From Candidatus Saccharimonadota bacterium (GTDB lineage: Bacteria > Patescibacteriota > Saccharimonadia > Saccharimonadales > UBA4665): a stretch of 64,000 nucleotides of DNA. The DNA is taken from contig PDRS01000008.1 in the NCBI GenBank assembly GCA_002746885.1, positions 3,376-67,375 on the forward strand, written 5' to 3'. Both the position numbers and the translations under genes were made by a program. Below, piece by piece: positions 46,611-56,498 of the stretch. The notes under the pieces are model-generated. The model was not told the origin of the DNA, ran no database searches, and saw only the letters and a program-made list of their open reading frames with translations. Every line of letters starts with the position of its first letter. Positions within the stretch are counted from its first letter, which is position 1.

Positions 46611-47906
46611 CTACGCATTTTTATCCTCCAGCGCTTCTACGCCAGGCAGCTTACGGCCGCTCATTAGCTCCAGACTGGCGCCGCCGCCAGTTGAAACGTG
46701 ATCGAAACTGTTAGTCAAGCCGCGCTGCTGCACAAATCCAACCGTGTCACCGCCGCCAACAATACTAAACGGCCGGTTGCCGAACTGACCCAGCAACGCT
46801 TCTGTCAAGAGTTCCGTCCCCTGGGCGGTTGGGCCAGTCGCCCCGAGTAAGCTTTTCGTTTCCGTCACACCCATAGTGCCATTCCAGATGACCGTTGCGG
46901 CTAACTGGAGCAACCCAGCAACAAAAGCACCGCTAAATGGCCCGATATCAAGTATGAGTTCGTGGTCGGCAACCTGGCTGCTTTCCTGCAATGGCCGTTT
47001 TGGATAAGCTTCTATTTCCGCAATTACATGTGCACTCCAGTCGACGATACGCGTCGGCGCCGCTGGGTCGATTTTACTCGCAACCACGCCATCTTGCGGC
47101 AAGTAAAAAACAAAATCTCGCTGTTTTTTAATTTCGCTCACTTTGTGCATGATTTCTTTGGCGAGCGGTAAATCATCTGGCTCGATTTTGCTTTTACCGA
47201 CCTTTAGTCCAGTGGCATGCAAAAACGTGTTCGCCATAGCACCGCCAACAACAACCGCGTCTGCCGTGTCGAGGAAACGCTGCAAAATTTCTATTTTGTC
47301 GGCTATTTTTGCTCCGCCTATCACTGCCACGAGCGGTCGTTTTGGGTTTTCCATTGCCTCAGTAATCGTATGGACTTCTTTTTCGAGTAAGAGACCAGCT
47401 GCACTTGGCAAGTGCTTTGGCAGTTCGTCAACCGACACAGCACCATGATGCACGACACCAAACGCGTCTTGGACGAAAATGTCTGCAAGCGATGCAAGCT
47501 CCTTAGCAAACTGTTCATCACGCCCTTCTTCGCCCGGGTAAAATCGAATATTTTCAAGCAACAACACCTGCCCAGGCTGGAGCTGTTGTGCGGCACTTTT
47601 GGCGCGTTCGCCGACCGCATCTGAGACAAATTTGACTTCGGTATGCAAATACTTACCCAGAGCTTCTGCCGCGGGAAAAAGGCTATACGCGGGGTCTGGT
47701 TTGCCACCAGGTCGACCAAGGTGCGAACAGAGTATTACCGCAGCGCCATGCTCCAAAAGATATTGCAGCGTCGGTACACTTTGCTGGATTCGATAGTCAT
47801 CGCGAATGTTTCCAGCGGCATCAAGCGGCACGTTATAATCAACGCGCACGAGCACTTTCTTGTCCTTGACGTCAACATCGCGAATTGTTTTTTTCGTAAA
47901 ACTCAT
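46611..47906 (-). CDS. pgk: phosphoglycerate kinase
   Basis: VLVRVDYNVPL, SHLGRP, GGAKIADKI, WNGTMG and STGGGASLE are present. Confidence 0.95.
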   Translation of the reverse strand: MSFTKKTIRDVDVKDKKVLVRVDYNVPLDAAGNIRDDYRIQQSVPTLQYLLEHGAAVILCSHLGRPGGKPDPAYSLFPAAEALGKYLHTEVKFVSDAVGERAKSAAQQLQPGQVLLLENIRFYPGEEGRDEQFAKELASLADIFVQDAFGVVHHGAVSVDELPKHLPSAAGLLLEKEVHTITEAMENPKRPLVAVIGGAKIADKIEILQRFLDTADAVVVGGAMANTFLHATGLKVGKSKIEPDDLPLAKEIMHKVSEIKKQRDFVFYLPQDGVVASKIDPAAPTRIVDWSAHVIAEIEAYPKRPLQESSQVADHELILDIGPFSGAFVAGLLQLAATVIWNGTMGVTETKSLLGATGPTAQGTELLTEALLGQFGNRPFSIVGGGDTVGFVQQRGLTNSFDHVSTGGGASLELMSGRKLPGVEALEDKNA

Positions 47907-48023
47907 GCCCCACCCATTTGCATGTAGATAATTATACCGCCATTATACCACCAATGCGACGCGGGTGCTGCATTTTTCCACTGGCAAGCACAAACGTACT
48001 CTTTTGCAGCAGCCGCGGCGAGC

Positions 48024-49463
48024 TTAGTCAATCTGACGAATTTTTATGGTATCCGTCGTGCCTACCACGCCAGGATATCGCCCGCTCACCATCACGACAA
48101 TGTCACCTTTGTGAAAGACTTGTTCGCGCACGAGCAGCTCGGTGACTTTCTGAGCCGCCTGGGTACTCACTGGTCGGACGTAACTTTTTACGTCATACAC
48201 GATGGCAAGTTGCTGAGCTGTTCGTTCGCTGTCGGTCACAGCGATAATAGGTACACTGGGTCGCTCAGATGCAATATTCATCACCGTTGCACCGGTTTTT
48301 GTTTCGGCAACAATGGCATTAGCCTGGATGCTTTCCGCCATACTGATAACTCCGCGGCTGATGGCAAGCTGGCGAGTCGGGTGCTTTTCTTCCTGGCCGC
48401 GAAAACTGACCCGCACAACCCCATGGCGCTGCGAATAGTTGATGATGCGCTTCATGATTTTGACCGCTTCGTGCGGGTACTTTCCCATAGCGGTTTCATC
48501 GCTCAGCATGACGCAATCGGCGCCGAGATATACAGCCGTCGCAACATCCGAAACTTCGGCGCGAGACGGTTCGGGCGATTCGGTCATACTACCGAGCATT
48601 TGTGTCGCCACAATGGTCGGTTTGCCGTGCTGTAACCCAAAATTAATAATCTGCCGCTGCGCAACGGGCACCACTTCTGGGTTGACTTCGACCGCCATAT
48701 CGCCGCGCGCAACCATTGCAGCATCGGTTGCTTTCATAATTTCTTTGAGGTTATCGATAGCGAGCTTCGTTTCAAGTTTGGCGATGATGTTTGCTTCCGA
48801 ACCAAGGTTTTTTAGAATTTTGCGCATGTTTTCTATGTCCTGAGCAGTCTGAATAAAGCTCATGGCCACATAGTCAATGTCCTGCGTGCTGCCAAAGGCA
48901 AGATCTGAGCGATCTTTTTTGGTAATGACATCACCGCCAAAGTCGGTGTCGGGTAAATTGATGCCCTTGCGCTTGAGCAAAATGCCATCATTTTCGGCCT
49001 CGCAATACACAATGCCCTGCCGCACTGCAGTTATTTTGGTACGGACTTTTCCGTCGAAGATATACAGCCGTTCGCCCCGTTTGACTTTTTTACTCAAGTC
49101 ATACTGGATCGGAATGATGCCCGTTTCGAGCCAGTTTGATTCATAGCCGAGCTTCAGTGTTTGGCCTTTCTGAACGGTGATTATGTCATCAAACTCGCCG
49201 AGACGGATTTTTGGCCCCTGTAAATCCTGAATAATCGCAACAGGCTTTTTCAGAGCGTGGCTCGCTTTGCGAATCCACTTTATTTGCTGCGCTTTTTGCT
49301 GGTGGTCGCCGTGGCTGAAATTGAGCCGGAGACCATTAGCTCCGTCCTCTATGAGACGGAGAATGGCCTCATAGCTGTCTGTCGCTGGACCAACGGTAGC
49401 AATAATTTTGGTACGTTTATAGTGCTTTAGCGGCACTGTGTGTTCGTGATGTAATTTTTTCAT
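48024..49463 (-). CDS. pyk: pyruvate kinase
   Basis: RTKIIATVGPA, NFSHG, MVARGDMAVE and ATQMLGSM are present. Confidence 0.92.
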   Translation of the reverse strand: MKKLHHEHTVPLKHYKRTKIIATVGPATDSYEAILRLIEDGANGLRLNFSHGDHQQKAQQIKWIRKASHALKKPVAIIQDLQGPKIRLGEFDDIITVQKGQTLKLGYESNWLETGIIPIQYDLSKKVKRGERLYIFDGKVRTKITAVRQGIVYCEAENDGILLKRKGINLPDTDFGGDVITKKDRSDLAFGSTQDIDYVAMSFIQTAQDIENMRKILKNLGSEANIIAKLETKLAIDNLKEIMKATDAAMVARGDMAVEVNPEVVPVAQRQIINFGLQHGKPTIVATQMLGSMTESPEPSRAEVSDVATAVYLGADCVMLSDETAMGKYPHEAVKIMKRIINYSQRHGVVRVSFRGQEEKHPTRQLAISRGVISMAESIQANAIVAETKTGATVMNIASERPSVPIIAVTDSERTAQQLAIVYDVKSYVRPVSTQAAQKVTELLVREQVFHKGDIVVMVSGRYPGVVGTTDTIKIRQID

Positions 49464-49647
49464 ATTGTTTATAGTTTACATGAATTTCTCGCTGTGACAA
49501 ATATCACAGCACCAAACAAGCGAATGACCGCACCAGCGAGCGCAATAAATGCCTGTTTGCGCTACTTGTCTTACTGAAGGCATTCGCGTTGCCCCGCTCA
49601 AGCAGTGTTTGGCCGCCATCCGCGCTATACATTCAAGTCTGCCAGTC

Positions 49648-52020
49648 CTACCGGCCGAGCTGTTGTTCGGTCTTGTGGAGGTCGACAGTAGTTTTGACGA
49701 TAGTGTCAGGTGCAAGCGATATACTGTCGATGCCGATCTCGACCAAGAAACGGGCAAACTCTGGATAATCAGACGGTGCCTGACCGCAGATACCTATCTT
49801 CACTCCCTTTGCTTTCGCCACTCGGACAACTTCGCGTATCATCACTTTGACCGCTTCGTTATTTTCGTCATAGTCATGCGCCACCGTATGGTTGTCCCTG
49901 TCGACACCGAGCGTGAGCTGGGTTAGGTCGTTTGAACCGATAGAAAAACCGTCAAAGCGTTCGGCAAACTGCTCGGCCAAAATGACATTGCTTGGGATTT
50001 CACACATAACGTACGCCTGAAATCCGTTTTCGCCGCGGCGTAAACCATTTTCCGCCATAATGGCGAGCACTTTATCTGCTTCATCAAGATTCCGACAGAA
50101 CGGCACCATTGCTTTGATGTTCACAAGACCAAAGTCATCGCGCACTTTTTTGAGTGCCTTACACTCGAGAACAAATGCTTCTTTGTACTCTGGGCTGTAG
50201 TACCGACTCGCTCCGCGCCAGCCGAGCATGGGGTTTTCTTCGTTCGGCTCAAACTGCGTACCACCAATAAGCCCAGCATATTCGTTTGTCTTAAAGTCGC
50301 TGAAACGAATGATGACGTCGTTTGGATGAAACGCTGCGCCAATAGTCGCTATACCCTCTGCGAGCTTGTCGACGAAGTACTGTGCTTTGTCCTCGTAGCC
50401 TTTCGTCAGTTCTTTTATTTGGGCGCGCACTGCCTTGTCTTTGACTTCCGGAAAACGTAGAAGCGCAAGTGGGTGGATTTTGATATGGCTGTCAATAATG
50501 AACTCCTCGCGAGCCAGCCCAACGCCGTCGTTTGGCAGTAGCGAGTAGGCAAAGGCATGTTCGGGCGAACCGATGTTCATCATCATTTTCGTTTTTGGAC
50601 GCTGCATGTCAGTGATGTCAGTTTTTTCGACGTCGTACTGCAATATACCTTCGTAGACAGTGCCTTCGTCGCCACCGCCGCCGCAGCTTACCGTAACATC
50701 TTGACCATCGTGTATGAGTGAGCTGGCTTTGCCCGTGCCTACGACGCAAGGTATGCCAAGCTCACGGCTCACAATTGCAGCGTGACAGGTGCGACCGCCT
50801 TTGTCGGTCACGATAGCACTCGCAATTTTCATGATAGGCACCCAATCTGGGTCGGTCATTTCGGTCACAAGCACATCACCCGCCTTGAAGTCGTCTATAT
50901 CCTTCACGCTCATGATTTTGCTTGCCTTACCACTGCCGATTTTATTGCCGACACTCGTGCCTTTTACGATGACACGGCCTTCTTCGCGCAACTTATATTC
51001 CTCGATATGGTTTACGTCGCGGCGAGATTGGACAGTTTCGGCACGCGCCTGAACAATATAAAGCTGGCGGTCGTCTTCGTCGAGCGCCCATTCGATGTCC
51101 ATGGGGTGGCCATAGTGCTGCTCTATTTTCATACCCCAGTCAGCAAGCGTTCTTACCTGATCATCTGTAATACTGTAGCGCTCCTGATCACGAACGGCGA
51201 CATCGATGTTTTTAGTGCGGCTGTTGCCAATGGGTATCATTTTCATTTTTTTACTGCCGAGCTTGCGCTTCAAAATAGCCATCGTCGGCTTGAACACCGT
51301 AAATTCGTCTGGGCTGACGTGTCCTTGCACGATGTTTTCACCTAGGCCGTATATACTGCTCACGATCACGGCGTTTTTGAACCCACTTTCTGTGTCTATC
51401 GTGAACATAACGCCGGCGCACTCACTTCGTACCGCTACCATTTGCTGTATGCCCACGCTCAGCGCAACTTTCATATGGTCAAAACCATTTGTCACACGAT
51501 ACACAATGGCTCGGTCGGTGAACAAACTGGCAATACATTCTTTGACCGAACGCAGCACATCTTCGTTGCCTGATATATTCAGGAACGTGGCCTGCTGACC
51601 GGCAAACGATGCATTTGGCAAGTCTTCAGCCGTTGCACTTGAGCGAATAGCGACAACGAGATCCGCCTTGCTGTGGCCGCATTTTTCGCTTAGCTCTTTG
51701 TAGGCGGCGAAAATTTCCTCCTGAAAGTCCTGCGGGATTTCAGCAGCGACTATCATGTCGCGAATGGTCTGGCCGCGCTTTGCTAGATCGTGTACGTTAT
51801 TGACATCAAGCCCCTGTAGCGTTTGATTGATACGATCACTAAGACCGGCTTCTTTCAGGAAGTAGCGGTAGGCATCGGCAGTCGTCGCTACACCGTTTGG
51901 TAAGTTTACGCCTTGCGGTTTGAGATGATGAAACATCTCGCCAAGACTGGCATTTTTCCCGCCCACCTGCGGAATATCATCTATGCCCAGTTCTTCAAAA
52001 AACTTAAGGTATTTGTACAT
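49648..52020 (-). CDS. ppsA: phosphoenolpyruvate synthase (pyruvate, water dikinase)
   Basis: The N-terminus contains VGGKNASLGEM. The phospho-His region is GGRTCHAAIVSRELGIPCVVG. The C-terminal PEP-utilising TIM barrel contains GFSIGSNDLTQL. GGTGGGAG SD upstream. Confidence 0.9.
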   Translation of the reverse strand: MYKYLKFFEELGIDDIPQVGGKNASLGEMFHHLKPQGVNLPNGVATTADAYRYFLKEAGLSDRINQTLQGLDVNNVHDLAKRGQTIRDMIVAAEIPQDFQEEIFAAYKELSEKCGHSKADLVVAIRSSATAEDLPNASFAGQQATFLNISGNEDVLRSVKECIASLFTDRAIVYRVTNGFDHMKVALSVGIQQMVAVRSECAGVMFTIDTESGFKNAVIVSSIYGLGENIVQGHVSPDEFTVFKPTMAILKRKLGSKKMKMIPIGNSRTKNIDVAVRDQERYSITDDQVRTLADWGMKIEQHYGHPMDIEWALDEDDRQLYIVQARAETVQSRRDVNHIEEYKLREEGRVIVKGTSVGNKIGSGKASKIMSVKDIDDFKAGDVLVTEMTDPDWVPIMKIASAIVTDKGGRTCHAAIVSRELGIPCVVGTGKASSLIHDGQDVTVSCGGGGDEGTVYEGILQYDVEKTDITDMQRPKTKMMMNIGSPEHAFAYSLLPNDGVGLAREEFIIDSHIKIHPLALLRFPEVKDKAVRAQIKELTKGYEDKAQYFVDKLAEGIATIGAAFHPNDVIIRFSDFKTNEYAGLIGGTQFEPNEENPMLGWRGASRYYSPEYKEAFVLECKALKKVRDDFGLVNIKAMVPFCRNLDEADKVLAIMAENGLRRGENGFQAYVMCEIPSNVILAEQFAERFDGFSIGSNDLTQLTLGVDRDNHTVAHDYDENNEAVKVMIREVVRVAKAKGVKIGICGQAPSDYPEFARFLVEIGIDSISLAPDTIVKTTVDLHKTEQQLGR

Positions 52021-52255
52021 GTAACTCCCACCTTTCACATACTTGCGGTTTTTTACTTTTTTATTCTTATGCTTACTACTATACCCACGTTCCTCTACTT
52101 TTCAAAATATTTGTCCAAATTCGAACTGCATCCGTAAGACGGGCTGCCAGGACCGCCACCAAAACTTCAGCTCTTTTCATGACCTAGAGCGGAAAGATTG
52201 ATGAAAATATGGGATAGTATTTGACATAAAATCTATAAATTGCTTTAATATATTT

Positions 52256-52894
52256 ATGGCTTCCGTTATTTCCGAGAAAGATGGTATTAAGGCCGGCTGG
52301 TCATATCTTGAACATGAGGGTGAGATATACGTCCCTACCGAATTTCGCCTTGATGATGGGAGAGTGCGGTTACGGTTTAATTATCTGGATAGGCAGCTTC
52401 CGATGGAACCCTTTGAGCTCCCGCGTATATCCTTTTACATCAAGCAAAAATCACGCCGTCGTGACCCTCGTAGTGTTTTTTGCGGAATTCAAGTTCCAAG
52501 AGAGCTCCGAGGCCAGAAGTTAGGTCAAGCGATGTTACATTGGCTCATCGAGGAAGGTAATGAACATGGCTACCCCCTACTGTCTACGGTGCGACTAAAC
52601 AAACCGCTTATCGCACAACTAATTGCCCAGACGGGATACGAGCCAGATATTCGTGATGGCGTAGGCAGGGTAGAGATTCTTCCTAGCACAGGGAAACAAC
52701 GGGCAGTGCCCACCATTCGTTGGCTCGAGAACACGCTTCCAAACAAAAGAATGGTAGACAAAACACCCCAGGGTACACCATTCTACAAAACTGAAGGACC
52801 ACTCCGCCCAGAAGAACCACTGCAACCGCTGAACCCAGACATGGCCGTGTATATACATACTAGGTATGCGTGGCCGGAAGAACAGCAATCCTGA
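52256..52894 (+). CDS. hypothetical protein, GNAT-like acetyltransferase candidate
   Basis: Promoter TTGACA-17-TTTAAT lies 6 nt before the ATG. VPRELRGQKLGQAMLHWLIEEG resembles GNAT motif A. The assignment is tentative. Confidence 0.45.
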   Translation: MASVISEKDGIKAGWSYLEHEGEIYVPTEFRLDDGRVRLRFNYLDRQLPMEPFELPRISFYIKQKSRRRDPRSVFCGIQVPRELRGQKLGQAMLHWLIEEGNEHGYPLLSTVRLNKPLIAQLIAQTGYEPDIRDGVGRVEILPSTGKQRAVPTIRWLENTLPNKRMVDKTPQGTPFYKTEGPLRPEEPLQPLNPDMAVYIHTRYAWPEEQQS

Positions 52895-52971
52895 AAAAAC
52901 ACTGGTTTTTTCTTTGGTAACTCCCGCCGAAACTTTATCCTCTCACCCAGAGAAAGTATTGGTCGTAGTGG

Positions 52972-54648
52972 CTAAGCGTTGGGTGGTTGAGTTTCGATAT
53001 AGGTTTCGTCTTTCGCGAGCATACGACCTTCGGGGTCAACATCGTAGGCGAGAATGTTGCCAAAAGGCATTTCAAGATTTTCGATATCCGCGTCCGAGAT
53101 ATCCTCTATATACTTCATGAGCGCACGCAAACTGTTACCATGCGCCACAACGAGCACATTTTTACCGGCCATAAGCTGCGGCACGATATCGTCTCGGTAG
53201 AACGGTACGGCCCGCTCATAGACCTTTTTGAGCGTCTCACCGCCGGGCACTTGATGATCCCAGCCGCGGCGAATAGCAGCAAACTCTTCATCACCTACGA
53301 GTTCTTTCATGTCCCACTTGTTTTTTCCGGTGTAGTCGCCGTAGTCGCGTTCGTTTATAGCACTCACCCGCTCAAACGGCACTTCGAACTGCTGCGAAGC
53401 ATTGAGCATGCCTTCCAGCGTTTCAAGCGTCCGCACTTGCTCCGAACAGTACGCTTTGTCAACCCGAATATCGAGGTCGTTTAGGGCAATACCAAGTAGC
53501 GACGATTCATGAAAGCCTTTTTCACTCAGGTGCACATCGGTCAAGCCGGTCCACGTGCCCGTAGCGTTCCACTCGCTTTCAGCGTGACGCACGAGAAGCA
53601 GACGTCCTGCCATTGGTTTAACGGGCTTGACGAGGTTCGGCACGTCGCCATACCAGAACCGAATGATATTCTGGCAGGTCGTACCGTTTATGCGTCCGTG
53701 AGCTTCTATGGTATTAAACGCATTGTGCGGTGTCAGGATGACGTTTGGCAACTTGTTCAGCGCCATGAGCGCCACGCTTTCTTTACCCGTACTCGCCGGC
53801 AGCTGATTGCTTCTGAGTAGTGCGACTTCTTCTTCCATGTTGAACAATTCTTCGCCTTCGAGCACGTCGAGCGCTGCGCCGCCGAGGCGGCCATGCATCA
53901 GCGCGTCAGCCAGCGCGCTTGTGTTGACAAGCTCTCCGCGTGCGGTGTTTATAAGCACAGCCGAGGGCTTCATAAGCGCCAAGCGCTCACTGTTTATAAG
54001 ATGTTCGTTTTCGGGAGTTAGCGGCGCGTGGAGCGTCACTATGTCGCTCACTTTGAGCAATTCTTCCAGTGAAAGGTATTCAAAGCCAAGCTCTCTCGCA
54101 AGCTCTTCCTTGCCATATGGGTCATAGCCAACGACACGCATTTCAAAACCTTTGGCAATTTTTATGACGTGCCGACCAATATGCCCCGTACCGATAACGC
54201 CGATAGTTTTTTCATGAAGGTCAGTGCCCATGAGTTCCGCAGCGTCAAGCTCGCGACTCAGGAAGCCAAGGCTACCCGATAGCTTGCGCATAAGCGCAAG
54301 CAGCAACATAAACGCATACTCTGCCACGGTTGATTCACCGTAGGTAGGAACGTTTACAACGCTTATATCGCGCGCATCGGCAGCGGCGAGCGAGATGTTA
54401 CTAAAACCCGTTGAACGACAGGCGATAAGCTTGAGCTTTGGCAATTTCTCAATCATAGCTGGCGTCACTGTACTGGTGACAAACACCGAAATAACTTCTG
54501 TTTCAGGATCAAGGTTGTCGAGACTTATACTTTCTTCTATGTATTCCCAGCGGTGGTCGGTGTTTCTGAGACCATCATCAAGCTGCCGTCTGTCCAGCTC
54601 TGATGCGTCGTAAAAATAGATGAGTGCCATATGACTACAGTATGCCAT
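52972..54648 (-). CDS. fusion: D-isomer-specific 2-hydroxyacid dehydrogenase + 2,3-BPG-dependent phosphoglycerate mutase
   Basis: The N-terminal ~345 aa carry GVIGTGHIGRH, NTARG and TPHNA. The C-terminal ~212 aa carry LLLVRHAESEWN, INERDYG and VVAHGNSLRAL. It is one uninterrupted ORF. The start may instead be 54630. Confidence 0.8.
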   Translation of the reverse strand: MAYCSHMALIYFYDASELDRRQLDDGLRNTDHRWEYIEESISLDNLDPETEVISVFVTSTVTPAMIEKLPKLKLIACRSTGFSNISLAAADARDISVVNVPTYGESTVAEYAFMLLLALMRKLSGSLGFLSRELDAAELMGTDLHEKTIGVIGTGHIGRHVIKIAKGFEMRVVGYDPYGKEELARELGFEYLSLEELLKVSDIVTLHAPLTPENEHLINSERLALMKPSAVLINTARGELVNTSALADALMHGRLGGAALDVLEGEELFNMEEEVALLRSNQLPASTGKESVALMALNKLPNVILTPHNAFNTIEAHGRINGTTCQNIIRFWYGDVPNLVKPVKPMAGRLLLVRHAESEWNATGTWTGLTDVHLSEKGFHESSLLGIALNDLDIRVDKAYCSEQVRTLETLEGMLNASQQFEVPFERVSAINERDYGDYTGKNKWDMKELVGDEEFAAIRRGWDHQVPGGETLKKVYERAVPFYRDDIVPQLMAGKNVLVVAHGNSLRALMKYIEDISDADIENLEMPFGNILAYDVDPEGRMLAKDETYIETQPPNA

Positions 54649-54819
54649 AAGCGGAATAAGCGTGGCAATGATAAAGTACTCTCCCTTTCGCGGCAGTACT
54701 TAATTCACTTTATTCTTGCGGCGTAGCTCAACACACACGCCGCATATGCGTGGGAATGAAAACGGTTCGTGTGTATGGCTTTGGTAGCGCAAACGCAAGC
54801 AGTATGAGAAGATGTGTAT

Positions 54820-56094
54820 ATGAACATTCAACACATTCACGCACGACAAATTTTAGACAGCCGTGGCAATCCTACCGTCGAAGCAGACGTTACTCTCGAT
54901 AGCGGTGCCGTGGGTCGAGCGGCCGTACCGAGTGGCGCCAGCACCGGTACGCACGAGGCCTGTGAGCTCCGTGATGGCGACCCGACACACTATGGCGGTC
55001 AGTCGGTCACAAAGGCGGTCACCGCGGTAAATAGCGAGATCACCGCGGCTCTCCAAGGTAAACCAGCTGACGATCAATTTGCACTCGACCGGCTCATGAT
55101 AGCGCTAGACGGCAGCGATAACAAAGGACGTTTAGGTGCGAATGCCATTCTGGCAGTATCCCTCGCTGCCGCCCGTGCCGCCGCCCGAGAGCGCAACCTG
55201 CCTTTATACAAACACCTCAACGATATTGCTGGTCAACCGCAGATGTCGTTACCTATGCCCATGATGAATATTGTCAACGGCGGCAAACATGCCTTGGGCG
55301 GAGCTGATTTTCAGGAAGGCATGATTGTCCCGCACGGCGCACGTACATTTGCCGACGTCGTCCGTATGGGCAGCGAGATCTTTCACGCCCTGCAAAAGCA
55401 TTTGGCCGAACAAAAGCTCTCGACTCAAGTTGGTGACGAGGGCGGTTTCGCCGTGCCTGTCAATCATAACGAAGAAGTCCTGCAGCTCCTCGAAGTTGGA
55501 GTACAAAAAGCGGGCTACTCGGCCGGCACTGACGTTTTCTTCGCACTCGATGTCGCTGCCGCCGAACTCTACAGAAACGGCCTATACCACCTTGCACGAG
55601 AACAGCAAAGCCTCACCGCAACAGAGCTCATCAAGCGCTACGCTCATATGACCGAGCGGTACGCCCTTGTCTCTATAGAAGACGGACTTGGCGAGGATGA
55701 CTGGGATAACTGGACGGCTCTCAGCAAAGAGCTGCCAAATGTCCAACTCGTGGGCGACGACTTGTTCGTGACAAATGTGACGCGGCTAAACAAAGGTATC
55801 GAGCAGCGTGCAGGCAATGCTATTCTCATCAAAGTCAATCAGATTGGTACGCTCACTGAAACAATCGAAGCCATCAATACCGCCAAAGCAGCTGGGTTTG
55901 GCACTATCATATCGCATCGGAGCGGCGAGACAGAGGACGCTTTCATCTCTCACCTCGCTGTAGGTACCGGCGCCGGACAAATAAAAACAGGCAGCCTGAG
56001 CCGCTCAGACCGTGTCGCGAAATACAACGAACTGCTGCGCATAGCCGAACTCGATCCCGCCATTCCCCTCGCCCGTCCATTTTCGAAATCATAA
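54820..56094 (+). CDS. eno: enolase
   Basis: [25 protein letters not shown] and [16 protein letters not shown] are present. Confidence 0.95.
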   Translation: MNIQHIHARQILDSRGNPTVEADVTLDSGAVGRAAVPSGASTGTHEACELRDGDPTHYGGQSVTKAVTAVNSEITAALQGKPADDQFALDRLMIALDGSDNKGRLGANAILAVSLAAARAAARERNLPLYKHLNDIAGQPQMSLPMPMMNIVNGGKHALGGADFQEGMIVPHGARTFADVVRMGSEIFHALQKHLAEQKLSTQVGDEGGFAVPVNHNEEVLQLLEVGVQKAGYSAGTDVFFALDVAAAELYRNGLYHLAREQQSLTATELIKRYAHMTERYALVSIEDGLGEDDWDNWTALSKELPNVQLVGDDLFVTNVTRLNKGIEQRAGNAILIKVNQIGTLTETIEAINTAKAAGFGTIISHRSGETEDAFISHLAVGTGAGQIKTGSLSRSDRVAKYNELLRIAELDPAIPLARPFSKS

Positions 56095-56210
56095 GTGTCA
56101 TGTTTGTGGCCGCGACGGTTTTCATTGTAACCCCTGTTATGCTACAATGTCAGCCGTAGCTGTAGGTAGCGTGTCGCACGCCAGTGACAGTGCGCTACTT
56201 CTGGCGACCT

Positions 56211-56285
56211 GGCCCCATCTTCTAACGGTTAGGAAATCGGGTTTTCATCCCGGCAATAGGGGTTCGATTCCCCTTGGGGTCACCA
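56211..56285 (+). tRNA. tRNA-Glu (anticodon UUC)
   Basis: GGCCCCATCTTCTAACGGTTAGGAAATCGGGTTTTCATCCCGGCAATAGGGGTTCGATTCCCCTTGGGGTCACCA. The acceptor stem is GGCCCCA/TGGGGTC and CCA is encoded. A TGCTACAAT box lies ~70 nt upstream. Confidence 0.85.
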
Positions 56286-56369
56286 GAAGAGATTTTGCGT
56301 ATTTTTACGCACGGCAGTGTTTTATCGTAAGGTAAATTACTTGCTACTAAGACAAGTCTGCCAGAAATG

Positions 56370-56405
56370 AAAAACCCGCTTGAGAACATATCTCAGGCGG
56401 GTTTT
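56370..56405. terminator. bidirectional terminator
   Basis: AAAAACCCGC-TTGAGAACATATCTCAG-GCGGGTTTT lies between tRNA-Glu (+) and the surface-protein gene (-). Confidence 0.65.
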
Positions 56406-56498
56406 CACATAAGTCTAGAGCGGTCAGTCATGGCTACCCAAATCTTATGCAACCACAGTAGCACACTTTCGGCGAAAATGCTAGACGCCCGCTGCTGT

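Noticed and set aside
48024-52020. Adjacent co-oriented pyk and ppsA, which catalyse opposing reactions, might form an unusual futile-cycle operon.
   Set aside because: A 185-nt spacer with separate start signals lies between them. Co-occurrence of both enzymes is common, so there is nothing sequence-specific to follow up.
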